Part shown: positions 45,316-55,037 of the stretch, one piece after another | How the letters are laid out: the number at the start of each line of letters is the position of its first letter | Numbering within the stretch: position 1 is the stretch's first letter | Assembly (NCBI GenBank): GCA_963710605.1 | Contig: CAVQBA010000007.1 | Coordinates: forward strand, 32,001-96,000 | Source: an uncultured cyanobacterium | GTDB lineage: Bacteria > Cyanobacteriota > Cyanobacteriia > Cyanobacteriales > Cyanobacteriaceae | Direction of reading: 5' to 3' | Length of the DNA stretch: 64,000 bases | Translations under genes and position numbers: made by a program | Notes under the pieces: generated by a model | What the model saw: the letters and a program-made list of their open reading frames with translations, nothing else | Told to the model about the DNA's origin: nothing | Database searches by the model: none

Positions 45316-46653
45316 ATGACTAACTTAGAGCAAAAATCATCATTACCACTACCTCCAGGTGAGAAAGGATTACCAATAATTGGCGAGACGTTAAATTTTT
45401 TCCTCGATCGTGATTTTAGTAAGAAGAAAAAAGCTAAATATGGTAATTTTTATCGAACTAATATTTTTACTAATAATACAGTAATCATGATTGGAGCAGA
45501 AGCGAATGAATTTTTGTTTCTCAATGAAAATAAATATGTAGTTTCCACATGGCCAAAAACAACTCGTGTCTTGTTAGGAGAAATGTCATTAGCGGTTAGA
45601 GATGGTAATTTTCATACCACTAGACGAAAACTACTCGCTCAAGCCTTTCAACCAAGAGCGTTAGATGGTTATATTCCTACGATGGAAACAATCACCAATC
45701 GGTATTTAGATAAATGGTTAAAAACCGAAAATCTTACTTGGTATCCTCAATTAAGAGATTATACTTTTGATGTAGCTTGTAGTTTACTCGTTAGTGTCGA
45801 TCATGCTTCTGCTACTCCTTTGGCTCAGTATTTTGAAACTTGGTGTAAGGGTTTATTTAGTTTACCAATTAATTTACCTTGGACAGCTTTCGGAAAAGCC
45901 TTAAAAAGTCGTCAAGAGTTATTAGCTGAAATTGAAAAAATTATTGTTAATAGGCAACAACAAAAGCAAGATAATTTAGATGCTTTAGATATACTTATAA
46001 ATGCTGAAGATGAGGAAGGAAATAGTTTAACTTTAGCTGAATTGAAAGACCAAATTTTATTACTTTTATTCGCAGGGCATGAGACTTTAACTTCTGCAAT
46101 CGCTTCTTTTTGTCTTTTGATGGCACAACATCCTGATGTTTTAGAAAAAGTAAGAGAAGAACAAAAACAGTTAAATATCACTGAAAACTTAACCCGTGAA
46201 AATCTGAAACAAATGACTTATCTAGACCAAGTTTTAAAAGAAGTTTTAAGACTAATTCCTCCAGTGGGAGGTGGATTTAGAAAAGCTATTAAAGGGTTTG
46301 AATACAATGGTTATTATGTTCCTCAAGATTGGACTATCCAATATCAAATTTTACAAACTCATCAACAAACAGATGTATTTCCTGAAGCTGATAAATTCGA
46401 TCCCGATCGGTTTTCTCCTGAAAATATGGCAAATAAACAAAAAATCTTTGGTTATGTACCTTTTGGTGGTGGTTTGAGAGAATGTATTGGTAAAGAATTT
46501 GCTCGATTAGAAATGAAAATATTTTCTAGTCTATTAGTGCAAAAATGTCAATGGAAATTGTTACCAAATCAAGATACCAGCATGGTTACAATTCCGACTC
46601 CTCATCCCCGTGATGGCTTGAAAGTGAAGATAACTACTAATAATAATGACTGA
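45316..46653 (+). CDS. Cytochrome P450 (CYP120-like)
   Basis: PPG..GLPIIGET, FAGHET, EVLR, PDRF, FGGGLRECIG heme motif. Confidence 0.93.
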   Translation: MTNLEQKSSLPLPPGEKGLPIIGETLNFFLDRDFSKKKKAKYGNFYRTNIFTNNTVIMIGAEANEFLFLNENKYVVSTWPKTTRVLLGEMSLAVRDGNFHTTRRKLLAQAFQPRALDGYIPTMETITNRYLDKWLKTENLTWYPQLRDYTFDVACSLLVSVDHASATPLAQYFETWCKGLFSLPINLPWTAFGKALKSRQELLAEIEKIIVNRQQQKQDNLDALDILINAEDEEGNSLTLAELKDQILLLLFAGHETLTSAIASFCLLMAQHPDVLEKVREEQKQLNITENLTRENLKQMTYLDQVLKEVLRLIPPVGGGFRKAIKGFEYNGYYVPQDWTIQYQILQTHQQTDVFPEADKFDPDRFSPENMANKQKIFGYVPFGGGLRECIGKEFARLEMKIFSSLLVQKCQWKLLPNQDTSMVTIPTPHPRDGLKVKITTNNND

Positions 46654-46730
46654 AGTCATCACTACAAACGCTATTTATCAATGTTTAGTGCAAACTTCTT
46701 TATTTTTGGGTGCAAACCTTGCACCCCTAC
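46646..46730. repeat. REP-like palindromes downstream of the P450
   Basis: ATGACTGAAGTCATCACTACAAAC (46646-46669) and GGGTGCAA-ACC-TTGCACCC-CTAC (46708-46730). Confidence 0.7.
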
Positions 46731-46903
46731 TTGGAATATACAATTAATTAGATCGATTTACTGATAATTAATCCTAATCTAATTGATAACATAGAGTAAT
46801 TGATAAATATTTTTGTCAATGTTACTCAAAAAAATAGAAGATAAATCTTTTAGTTTATTTTTGAGTTAGATGAAATATTCTTTCTTAGTTTTTAAATTTT
46901 GTT

Positions 46904-47380
46904 ATGACAATTCCTAGTTGGTTGGTTATTGGTGGTGTTACTTTTGCTTTGGCTATGGTGTTGAATAAATTACCTCAAAGCAATCGAGAATGGTTTTTTA
47001 ATCTACGTCGCCCTCGTTGGTTGACATTTGAAAAATTAATTCCTGTTATCTGGATATTTATTTTTATTTGTTTGATTGCTTCTGCATCGATCGTTTGGGA
47101 TACTAATCCTTGGAGTAAACAAGCATGGTTTTTTATGGGGCGTTATTTACTCGTTATATTAGCGATTATTGCTTATACTCGTGTAATGTGTAAGTTTCGT
47201 AGTTTAACTGTTGGTACAATCATCGGCGGTTTAGGTTTTGTTTTAGGTGTTTGGTTGGCTATTTTAGTTTTTGGTGTTTCTAATTTAGCTTTTTGGTTGA
47301 TAATTCCGTATTTACTTTGGAGCCCTATTGGTACTTATGTCACTTGGGCGATGATTGGTTTAAATCCTAATGATGCTTGA
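46904..47380 (+). CDS. tspO: TspO/MBR tryptophan-rich sensory protein
   Basis: WFFNLRRPRWLTFE..IPVIW, PYLLWSP; 5 TM. Confidence 0.85.
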   Translation: MTIPSWLVIGGVTFALAMVLNKLPQSNREWFFNLRRPRWLTFEKLIPVIWIFIFICLIASASIVWDTNPWSKQAWFFMGRYLLVILAIIAYTRVMCKFRSLTVGTIIGGLGFVLGVWLAILVFGVSNLAFWLIIPYLLWSPIGTYVTWAMIGLNPNDA

Positions 47381-47642
47381 TTTTACTTTAGTTTTACAGT
47401 ATGATCAATTAAATTTTCCTTGTCATAATCAAAGTTTTTAGGGTTCATTAAATACCGAAAATAAATCATGAAATTGTGGCTAAGTTAATTATTTTACTAA
47501 ATATTTTTATTTGTTTTTTTAGTGACTATTAGGTCTTTTTTTACTTATTTAAGATTAAGATATTTATCTAAAATTATCGATACATAAAAATTTTAAAATA
47601 ACTAATTACTCAAATTAAATATATAAAAGTAAGCCTAAATTA

Positions 47643-50243
47643 ATGATTAATATATCTAATTTAAAAATAGAGGATTTATTTTTATTCTTCTGTTTAAGTG
47701 GGTTGGTTTTTTTGGCGATAAATAATTTTATTTTACGTCGTCAAATTAGTTATCAGGGTCAAAAAATTAATTCAGATAAAAAGAACAAATATACAGCTTT
47801 TGAGCTTGTTTCTCGTTTACCTGTAGGCGTTTTTCGTGTCGATCGTCATTCTAAATGTATTAATGTAAACGATCGTTTTACCCAAATAACGACTATCTCA
47901 TCATCACAACTTATCGGAAACAAATGGCTGAAGATGATACACAGTGACGATCGTCATTTATTCAGTCAATCTCTACCAAAATCAATCAATAATTATAACT
48001 TTAATGAGCAATTAAAATTTCGTCTAATTAATCGCAAAAACGAAATTATTTCAGTCAATTGTCAACGTCTAGCTGAATATGACTTAGATAATAATTTAAC
48101 GAGTTATATCTATATTGTTGATAACTTTTTGACAACAACTGAGATTAAGCATCAATTAAAAGAGAGTGAAGAAAAGTTCGGTAGTGTGTTTAATCAGGCC
48201 GCCGTCGGTATGGTTTATGCTTGTGTAAAAGGAGCAAAATCAAAATTGTTGGCTTGTAATCCTTGCTTTTGTGAAATGCTTGGTTACACAGCCCAAGAGT
48301 TAAAACAGTTAACAGTAGCCCAAATAACCTATCCTGAAGATAGACAAGCGTATAAAAGTAAAATATCTGAACTTTTAAGTCGAGAAATTAGTTATTTTTG
48401 TCTAGAAAAGCGATATACACGTAAAGATGGTTCAATTTTATGGGCAAATACTACCGTTTCTATTTTGAACGATTCTGAGGGTAAACCAAGCTACTGTGTA
48501 GTCATCATTCAAGATATTAGTCAGCAAAAAAGAACTCAAATCGCCTTAACGCAAAGCGAGCAACGTTTACGCATAGTTACTGAAAACATGAGTGATTTGG
48601 TTTGCTTGCATAAAATTGATGGTAGTTGTGAATATGTTACTTCTTCGTGTGAAGCGATGTTAGGGTATTCTATTACCAAAATGATGTATCATTCCCCTTA
48701 TGATTTTATTCATTGTGATGACACCATAAGAGTAAGAAAACGATTAAATAGAGTTATTTATCAAGGTGTTTCTACTTCTGTAACTTATCGAGTTAAAACT
48801 AAAGCAGGGGAATATATTTGGCTTGAATCTTTAGTTAAACCGATTATAAATTCACTAGGAAAAATAATTCATATCCAAAGCACATCGAGAAATATTAACG
48901 ATCGAATTAAAATACAAACACGGTTACAACACGACGCAGTACATGACCAGTTAACAGGTTTACCTAATCGTAATTTGTTGATGGAAAGATTAAGTTTAGC
49001 ATTAAGAGAAAAGAAATATAATTCTCAGTTTCAATTTGCTGTTTTGTTTTTCGATTTAGATAATTTTAAAGTAATTAATGATAGTTTAGGACATTTAGTT
49101 GGTGATAGATTACTGATTCAAGTAGCTAAAATATTACAACAATTTATTGATAATAAAGATTTAGCGGCCAGATTCGGAGGAGATGAATTTGTCATTTTGT
49201 TAGAAGATATTAATGGAATGAAACAAGTTGTCAACATTATTCAACAAATTTTAAATACTCTTGAGTTACCTTTTAATTTAATTAATCGACAAGTTTTTAC
49301 TAGTGCGAGTATTGGTGTTGTAATTGCTAATCATCATCATCAAAGTGGGCAAGATATACTCCGAGATGCCGATATTGCTATGTATCAAGCTAAAAAAAGA
49401 GGTAAAAATAGATATGCTGTTTTTAATCCTCATATGCACCAACAAGCATTACAAAGATTAAATATAGAAAATGATCTTCATCAAGCGATCGAAAATCAAG
49501 AATTTATTTTATATTATCAGCCAATCGTATCTTTAAGAAATCAAAAAATCGCAGGATTTGAAGCACTTATCCGTTGGCAACATCCTCAACTAGGATTAAT
49601 ATCACCTCTTAATTTTATTGAAATTGCGGAAGAAACTGGTTTAATTATTCCTATAGGAGAATGGATTTTAGATAATGCTTGTCAACAGTTAAGTCTTTGG
49701 CAAAAGCAATTTTTTCGTGAAGATAATTTGACTATGAGTATTAATCTTTCTGTTAAGCAATTACAAAATTCACTTTTAACTCAATTAGAAAAAGTAAAAA
49801 CAATTTATCAGATTAATCCTCAAAATATTAGTTTAGAGTTAACAGAAAGTATGCTGATTAAAAATATTTCTACTACTTATGAGTTACTTAATAATATCAA
49901 AGCCCAAGGATTCGGATTAACAATTGATGATTTTGGTACAGGTTATTCTTCTTTAAGTTATTTGCAACGCTTGCCTGTAGAAACTCTTAAAATCGATCGT
50001 AGTTTTGTTACTCCAGTAAATAATTCTCATCAACATAGCAGTCAAGTTATTGCAGAATCAATTATCGCCTTAAGTAAATCATTTAATTTAAAAGTAATCG
50101 CTGAAGGTGTCACTACTCCAACACAAGTACAATGGCTCAAAAATTTAAATTGTCAATATGGGCAAGGGTATCTATTTTCACCGCCTGTTACTGCGGCTAT
50201 TGCAACCGATTTGCTTTCAGAAAATTTATTTTTCCAATTCTGA
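47643..50243 (+). CDS. PAS x3-GGDEF-EAL diguanylate cyclase/phosphodiesterase
   Basis: LTGLPNR, DLDNFK, GGDEF, YYQP, FEALIRW, DDFGTGYSSL, KIDRSF. Confidence 0.93.
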   Translation: MINISNLKIEDLFLFFCLSGLVFLAINNFILRRQISYQGQKINSDKKNKYTAFELVSRLPVGVFRVDRHSKCINVNDRFTQITTISSSQLIGNKWLKMIHSDDRHLFSQSLPKSINNYNFNEQLKFRLINRKNEIISVNCQRLAEYDLDNNLTSYIYIVDNFLTTTEIKHQLKESEEKFGSVFNQAAVGMVYACVKGAKSKLLACNPCFCEMLGYTAQELKQLTVAQITYPEDRQAYKSKISELLSREISYFCLEKRYTRKDGSILWANTTVSILNDSEGKPSYCVVIIQDISQQKRTQIALTQSEQRLRIVTENMSDLVCLHKIDGSCEYVTSSCEAMLGYSITKMMYHSPYDFIHCDDTIRVRKRLNRVIYQGVSTSVTYRVKTKAGEYIWLESLVKPIINSLGKIIHIQSTSRNINDRIKIQTRLQHDAVHDQLTGLPNRNLLMERLSLALREKKYNSQFQFAVLFFDLDNFKVINDSLGHLVGDRLLIQVAKILQQFIDNKDLAARFGGDEFVILLEDINGMKQVVNIIQQILNTLELPFNLINRQVFTSASIGVVIANHHHQSGQDILRDADIAMYQAKKRGKNRYAVFNPHMHQQALQRLNIENDLHQAIENQEFILYYQPIVSLRNQKIAGFEALIRWQHPQLGLISPLNFIEIAEETGLIIPIGEWILDNACQQLSLWQKQFFREDNLTMSINLSVKQLQNSLLTQLEKVKTIYQINPQNISLELTESMLIKNISTTYELLNNIKAQGFGLTIDDFGTGYSSLSYLQRLPVETLKIDRSFVTPVNNSHQHSSQVIAESIIALSKSFNLKVIAEGVTTPTQVQWLKNLNCQYGQGYLFSPPVTAAIATDLLSENLFFQF

Positions 50244-51566
50244 GTCTTGAATCGTAATTTTGATCGTATTAATTTTCGGACCTTGAATATCATCAATAGT
50301 AAACTGTAAGTTATCAAAATCAAAAGTTTCGTGAAGTTGAGGAATTTTTTGCCAATGATAAACTAAAAAACCAGCTAATGTTTGGTATTCATCAATTAAT
50401 GGTAAATCTAAATCTAAAGATTCATTCAATTCTTCAAGATTGATATTCGCACCGATTAAAAAATTACTTTCATCAATCACTTTAATTAAAAAATCATTTT
50501 TAGCGTTTTTTTCAGTTTCATCACCTAAAATTTCATCAATCAAATCTTGTCGTGTTACTAATCCAGACGTACCACCATATTCATCGACAATAACAACCAT
50601 TTTGAGCCTAAATTTTTGCATTGTGGTTAGCAATTCGCTCAATAAAGTCGATTCATGAAAAAAGCGAATTGGCTTGATTAATTCACTCAAAGAATTATCC
50701 ATGTTAGTTGAATTATCTGCCAAAAAACCAACGCAACTTTTAAAATCAATTACACCACGAATATCATCTAATGATTCACCGATAATCGGAAAAACAATGT
50801 GTTTAGTAGAAGCTACTTTTTGGAGTAAATCTTGATAAGTAAATGAGATATTTAAAGCCTGAATATTTACTCGACGAGTCATCACTTCAACTGCTTCGAC
50901 ATCGCCAAATTCAAAGACATTATTCAGTAGTTTTCTTTCTTCTGTTTCTAAACCTGATGAACTTTTCTCGGTTTTGATAATCAGTTGTAATTCTTCTGGG
51001 GTTACTTGTTTATACCAACCTTGCCCTTGATATTCTACGCCGACTAATTTTAGCAAAAACTGAGTTGACTGATTGAGGATATCAATAAAAGGTTTAAAAA
51101 TACGGGTAATGACACTAATCGGCGGGGCAAGAATCCGAGCTAATTGCTCAGGATAGATTAACGCTAAAGATTTAGGGCATAATTCACCCATCACAATCTG
51201 TAGATAAACTAAACTAAAAAAAGCGATCGGTATCGCTAACGAATGACTTAAACTATCAATAATTGTCTGTGATAATGGTAAAAAAGTCACAAAATATTGC
51301 AGTAGTCGGGCAATCGTCACTTCACCAATCCAACCTAAAGCTAAACTTGATAAAGTAATCCCTAACTGTGTAGTTGAAAGTAATCTATCTAAACTATTTT
51401 GTAATGATTGTACTGTGCGTGCAGGCAAATCTCCATCCATTACTAAATGATCAATTTTAGATTTTCTCACAGAAACGATCGCAAATTCAGCCGTCACAAA
51501 AAAAGCGTTAATCGCAATTAAAAGTAATACACCTCCAATTCTTAATAATATTTGATTTAGACTCAT
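50226..51566 (-). CDS. HlyC/CorC (CNNM, CBS-domain) transporter family protein
   Basis: NAFFVTAEFA, QLGITL, GELCPK, DEYGGTSG, YQTLAG; probable ATG at 51566. Confidence 0.9.
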   Translation of the reverse strand: MSLNQILLRIGGVLLLIAINAFFVTAEFAIVSVRKSKIDHLVMDGDLPARTVQSLQNSLDRLLSTTQLGITLSSLALGWIGEVTIARLLQYFVTFLPLSQTIIDSLSHSLAIPIAFFSLVYLQIVMGELCPKSLALIYPEQLARILAPPISVITRIFKPFIDILNQSTQFLLKLVGVEYQGQGWYKQVTPEELQLIIKTEKSSSGLETEERKLLNNVFEFGDVEAVEVMTRRVNIQALNISFTYQDLLQKVASTKHIVFPIIGESLDDIRGVIDFKSCVGFLADNSTNMDNSLSELIKPIRFFHESTLLSELLTTMQKFRLKMVVIVDEYGGTSGLVTRQDLIDEILGDETEKNAKNDFLIKVIDESNFLIGANINLEELNESLDLDLPLIDEYQTLAGFLVYHWQKIPQLHETFDFDNLQFTIDDIQGPKINTIKITIQDSELEK

Positions 51567-51698
51567 GAGGCATCGCTCCAACGATTTTTGTCGTCTTCCT
51601 CATCATCAAATACTATTTCTTGTTTTTCATTCATGACGATCGTTTTTTAATTTAACAATTAATTAAATCAATTATTGTTTTACTTCCAAATGAACATT

Positions 51699-53081
51699 TT
51701 GACATACTTCCCCACTAAGCTCCTAGCGTCGCTATAGTGGGGGATTCTAAAACTTGCGATTTAGATTTTCTGCTTCGTCCTGTGCCACAGCAAGAATATC
51801 GTTACCGATACTCCCCGTCGCATCCAGTCCACAGACGTTTTCAACTACGTTATGCCCTAGCGCAGAGATGCCACGATTTCTTATTTCTTGGCTAGCCGCT
51901 ACATCTCTTGTTGTGATATATTTGCACTCATTACAATGGTGAATCCTTATATCTAAAGTTTTTTTGCCTGTATGTGCGCCACAGTTAGGACAAGTTTGAG
52001 ATGTCCCATTTTTATTAACTTTGGCGAAATAAGTATCTGTTTTCTGGCATACCCACTCTAAGATATTTACAAACTGACCAAAGCCAGCATCAGCACTATG
52101 CTTGCTTAACATTCCTCTTTGCCAGCTAACAAAGTTAATGTCTTCGACAAACAACATTCCAGCACCATTACACAAATAATGAGCTAGCTTAAAATGCCAA
52201 TCTTTACGGGTATCAGATATACGCTGATGTAGTCTCGCTATTTTTTGATTTAACTTGTGCCGATTATTAGAACCTTTGTGTTTATTCCTTAACCTACGTT
52301 GTAGCAATTCAATCTTCCGTTGTAAGGTTTTTAAGAAACGAGGTCGTTTAATCTCTTCGCCATCGCTGGTAGCTACAAATTTGTCGTAACCCAAATCCAA
52401 GCCTCTAGGATGACCATGAGGCATTGGTGATGGTACATCTACATTTAGTTGCAATGACAGCATCACAAAGTAACCAGATGCTTTCCTAACAATCCTTGCT
52501 TGTTTTATATCAAACCCATCGGGGATTAATCTTGAGCGTCGCCAGTGAACCCATCCCAACTTAGGAAACTTAATAGCATCATTTCTAATTGGGTCTTTCC
52601 CTAACTGAGGGAAGACAAACGAACGCATCCGATATTTATTTTTAAAGCGAGGAGTTCCAAATCCTCTTTTTCTCATGTCATCCCAAGCTCTATCTAGTGT
52701 TCTCAAGGTTTGCTGGAGAACTTGAGAGTGAACTGATTTTAGTTGAGGATATTGATTTTTAGCTTTAGTTAGCTGTTTGGCTTGCTTGTGGTAATTCGGA
52801 AATGGTTCGTCTGCTGAGATTATGTATTCAGATTGAATTGAACAAGCGTTAATAGGCGACTTACGAGAGTTACACCAATCTTTCCTTTGCCTGAGTGCAA
52901 AGTTCCAAACACAGCGACATACATCTAGCGTCTGCTCGATAGCGACAATCTGTTCGGCAGTTGGTTGTAGCTTGTATCCGTAGGTCATTGTTAGCATTGT
53001 TCTATTTTAGCTTACACAGAGGTATTTTATATGTAAAGTTTATTTCAGATAATAGAAACTTTATTATTTCGACATTACTTA
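51699..53081 (-). mobile_element. IS200/IS605-family (IS1341-type, tnpB-only) insertion sequence
   Basis: tnpB followed on the minus strand by a CCCCACTA...TAGTGGGG hairpin and a GTCAA terminus at 51699. A TTGAT motif at 53086-53082 is a tentative left boundary. No tnpA is present. Confidence 0.7.
51747..52997 (-). CDS. tnpB: RNA-guided endonuclease TnpB
   Basis: N-terminal HTH (YGYKLQPT.EQ), RuvC-I GLDLG, RuvC-II FVEDI, Zn ribbon CPNC/CNEC, RuvC-III RDVAAS. Confidence 0.95.
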   Translation of the reverse strand: MLTMTYGYKLQPTAEQIVAIEQTLDVCRCVWNFALRQRKDWCNSRKSPINACSIQSEYIISADEPFPNYHKQAKQLTKAKNQYPQLKSVHSQVLQQTLRTLDRAWDDMRKRGFGTPRFKNKYRMRSFVFPQLGKDPIRNDAIKFPKLGWVHWRRSRLIPDGFDIKQARIVRKASGYFVMLSLQLNVDVPSPMPHGHPRGLDLGYDKFVATSDGEEIKRPRFLKTLQRKIELLQRRLRNKHKGSNNRHKLNQKIARLHQRISDTRKDWHFKLAHYLCNGAGMLFVEDINFVSWQRGMLSKHSADAGFGQFVNILEWVCQKTDTYFAKVNKNGTSQTCPNCGAHTGKKTLDIRIHHCNECKYITTRDVAASQEIRNRGISALGHNVVENVCGLDATGSIGNDILAVAQDEAENLNRKF

Positions 53082-53119
53082 ATCAAAAAAAGAAATATAT
53101 AACACTTCATTAAAGCTAC

Positions 53120-53398
53120 TTATTTTTTTTCTTTATTAGCTTCTTTTTTTCCATGTACGTGATCGTACGCATTAACTATAATGGCTTTTTCGGATTTGAT
53201 TTCAAATTTTTTCTTTTTAGATAAATCTAAGCCTTCTTTTCCTTCTTGTTCTTTAATTTTTTGAGTCGGATTTTCCACAGGTGATTTAACTCCTTTTAAA
53301 GATTCGCTACCTAGAGTAAAAGCAAACCATCCCATACCTAGCCCTAAACCAATACTACTTAATAAGACTAACAAACTAGCTATGATAGTTGAACTCAT
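53120..53398 (-). CDS. Hypothetical membrane protein
   Basis: N-terminal TM followed by G.ESLKGV..P..NP motif. Confidence 0.65.
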   Translation of the reverse strand: MSSTIIASLLVLLSSIGLGLGMGWFAFTLGSESLKGVKSPVENPTQKIKEQEGKEGLDLSKKKKFEIKSEKAIIVNAYDHVHGKKEANKEKK

Positions 53399-53496
53399 AA
53401 TAATTTTTTTTAATTGAAATAATTGTTTATATTTGACAAATATAGAGGTTTATATTTTATAATAGTTATTATGCCTCAAAGCTGAGGAATTTTTTA

Positions 53497-53569
53497 GCCG
53501 GATTGGCCGAGTGGTTTAGGCACCAAACTCATAATTTGGGTTACACAGGTTCAAACCCTGTATCCGGCA
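53497..53569 (+). tRNA. tRNA with CAT anticodon, most likely tRNA-Ile2 (lysidine); elongator Met possible
   Basis: Acceptor GCCGGAT/ATCCGGC-A, D arm GGCCGAGTGGTTTAGGC, anticodon arm CCAAA-CTCATAA-TTTGG, T arm ACAGG-TTCAAAC-CCTGT. No C1:A72 mismatch or GGG/CCC stem, so not the initiator. Confidence 0.92.
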
Positions 53570-53705
53570 TATTTTCATTACTGTACAATTGATAATTGTT
53601 CAATTTAAGTCAATACCTCTTGGTTCACCTTTTCCTTTCTGTCGTACGTCCCTGTGGCAGGTGTTACAGTGAGCTTGTGGAAATTCAATTGTATTTTGCA
53701 CTTAA

Positions 53706-54794
53706 TCATAATTTTTCGGATAAATAATCAGCAGTAGATTTAACCAAAGCGATCGTTTGTTCGTAAGGTAAACGAGTAGGGCCAATTATGCCGACACTAC
53801 CGACAGGATAATTGTCTTGTGAATAGTAAGCAGAAATTAAACTACAAGATTGCATCGATTCAAAAGGATTTTCCGTACCAATTTTAATTTGTAATTTGTG
53901 ATCGCATAAACCTTCGTTGTTAAGATTAAAAACCAAAGGAAAAAGTTGCTCTTGTTCTTGTTCTAAAAAATTGAGTAAAATCTTGATGTGTTCGATTTGA
54001 GTAAATTCTGGTTGTTGAACTAATTTAGAAAATCCCTGTAACAACATTTGGGTAGAATTATTTTGTAAATGCTTAGTTTTAATTCTCGTGATTAGTTTAT
54101 CGATAAAATTCGCATAATTTTTAAATTCGTTATCCAACTCTTGCCAATTTAACGAGCTAATTTCTTTGATTGATTTACCTTTTAGTTTATGAGTCAGAAA
54201 GTTGGCTAGAATTTCTAATTCTCGATCGATTTTTTCAGGGGAATATTCATCATCATCATTAGCTAACTCACATTCATCCAACATCAAAGACTCAGTATGA
54301 TAATTATCAATAACAATAACTAACATAATTTGCCGATTAGGTAAACGAATTAAATGAAGATGATGCAGAATACTACTCATCATTTGTGGTAAAGTGATTA
54401 AAGCAATACAACCAGTTAAATCGGCTAAAACTGAGGCAATTTTTTGAAAAATAAGATCGTAACTACCTGCACAATAAAGTTGCCAAGTATCATCTAAAAA
54501 TTTTTTGATCGGAAAATGAACTAAATTCGATTCTAAATTCAATAATCGATCGACATAAATACGATAACCAGAATCAGAAGGAATACGCCCGGCTGAAGTA
54601 TAGGGTTGATAAAGAAAACCCGCTTTCTCTAGCTTACCCATCACATTACGAATTGTAGCTGAACTAATCGTAAAATCATACTCTTGTAAAAGCGTTTTTG
54701 AACCTACTGGCTCTGCTGTCGCAATATAATGTTTAATGGTAGCCTGTAAAATTTTTTGATGGCGTTCATTAAGTTTTTGTCGTTGATCAGTCAT
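53706..54794 (-). CDS. hrcA: Heat-inducible transcription repressor HrcA
   Basis: YIATAEPVGSK, SSATIRN, TSAGRIPSDSGYR.YVD, IIGPTR. Confidence 0.95.
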   Translation of the reverse strand: MTDQRQKLNERHQKILQATIKHYIATAEPVGSKTLLQEYDFTISSATIRNVMGKLEKAGFLYQPYTSAGRIPSDSGYRIYVDRLLNLESNLVHFPIKKFLDDTWQLYCAGSYDLIFQKIASVLADLTGCIALITLPQMMSSILHHLHLIRLPNRQIMLVIVIDNYHTESLMLDECELANDDDEYSPEKIDRELEILANFLTHKLKGKSIKEISSLNWQELDNEFKNYANFIDKLITRIKTKHLQNNSTQMLLQGFSKLVQQPEFTQIEHIKILLNFLEQEQEQLFPLVFNLNNEGLCDHKLQIKIGTENPFESMQSCSLISAYYSQDNYPVGSVGIIGPTRLPYEQTIALVKSTADYLSEKL

Positions 54795-54901
54795 CTGCTC
54801 ACCTTATAATAAGATATATCCGACAATCTATATTTTGAGAACATATTCACCTATCCTGATAGTATAGCCTTTCTGTACAAAGTATGTTAGGTGTTAGGTT
54901 T

Positions 54902-55026
54902 TAACAGTTAACAGTTAACAGTTAACAGTTAAAAGTTAAGACAGACACTCATTACTCCTTACTCCTTACTCCTTACTCCTTACTCCTTACTCCTTACTCC
55001 TTACTCCTTACTCCTTACTCCTTACT
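54902..55026. repeat. Two adjacent STRR arrays: (TTAACAG)n and (TTACTCC)n
   Basis: About 5 copies of TAACAGT at 54902-54938 and about 10 perfect copies of TTACTCC at 54952-55026. Confidence 0.92.
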
Positions 55027-55037
55027 TTTACTCATCA

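Noticed and set aside
50095..50120. Degenerate EAL domain (AEGVTT instead of AEGVET)
   Set aside because: The other catalytic motifs (EAL, DDFGTG, KID, first Glu of EG) are intact; a single substitution is not enough to call it inactive.
53497..53705. Genomic island or prophage integrated at the tRNA
   Set aside because: No integrase and no duplicated tRNA 3' end; core gene hrcA follows directly.
54902..55026. Heptamer arrays as CRISPR or coding repeats
   Set aside because: Spacerless 7-mer tandems are the well-known cyanobacterial STRRs.
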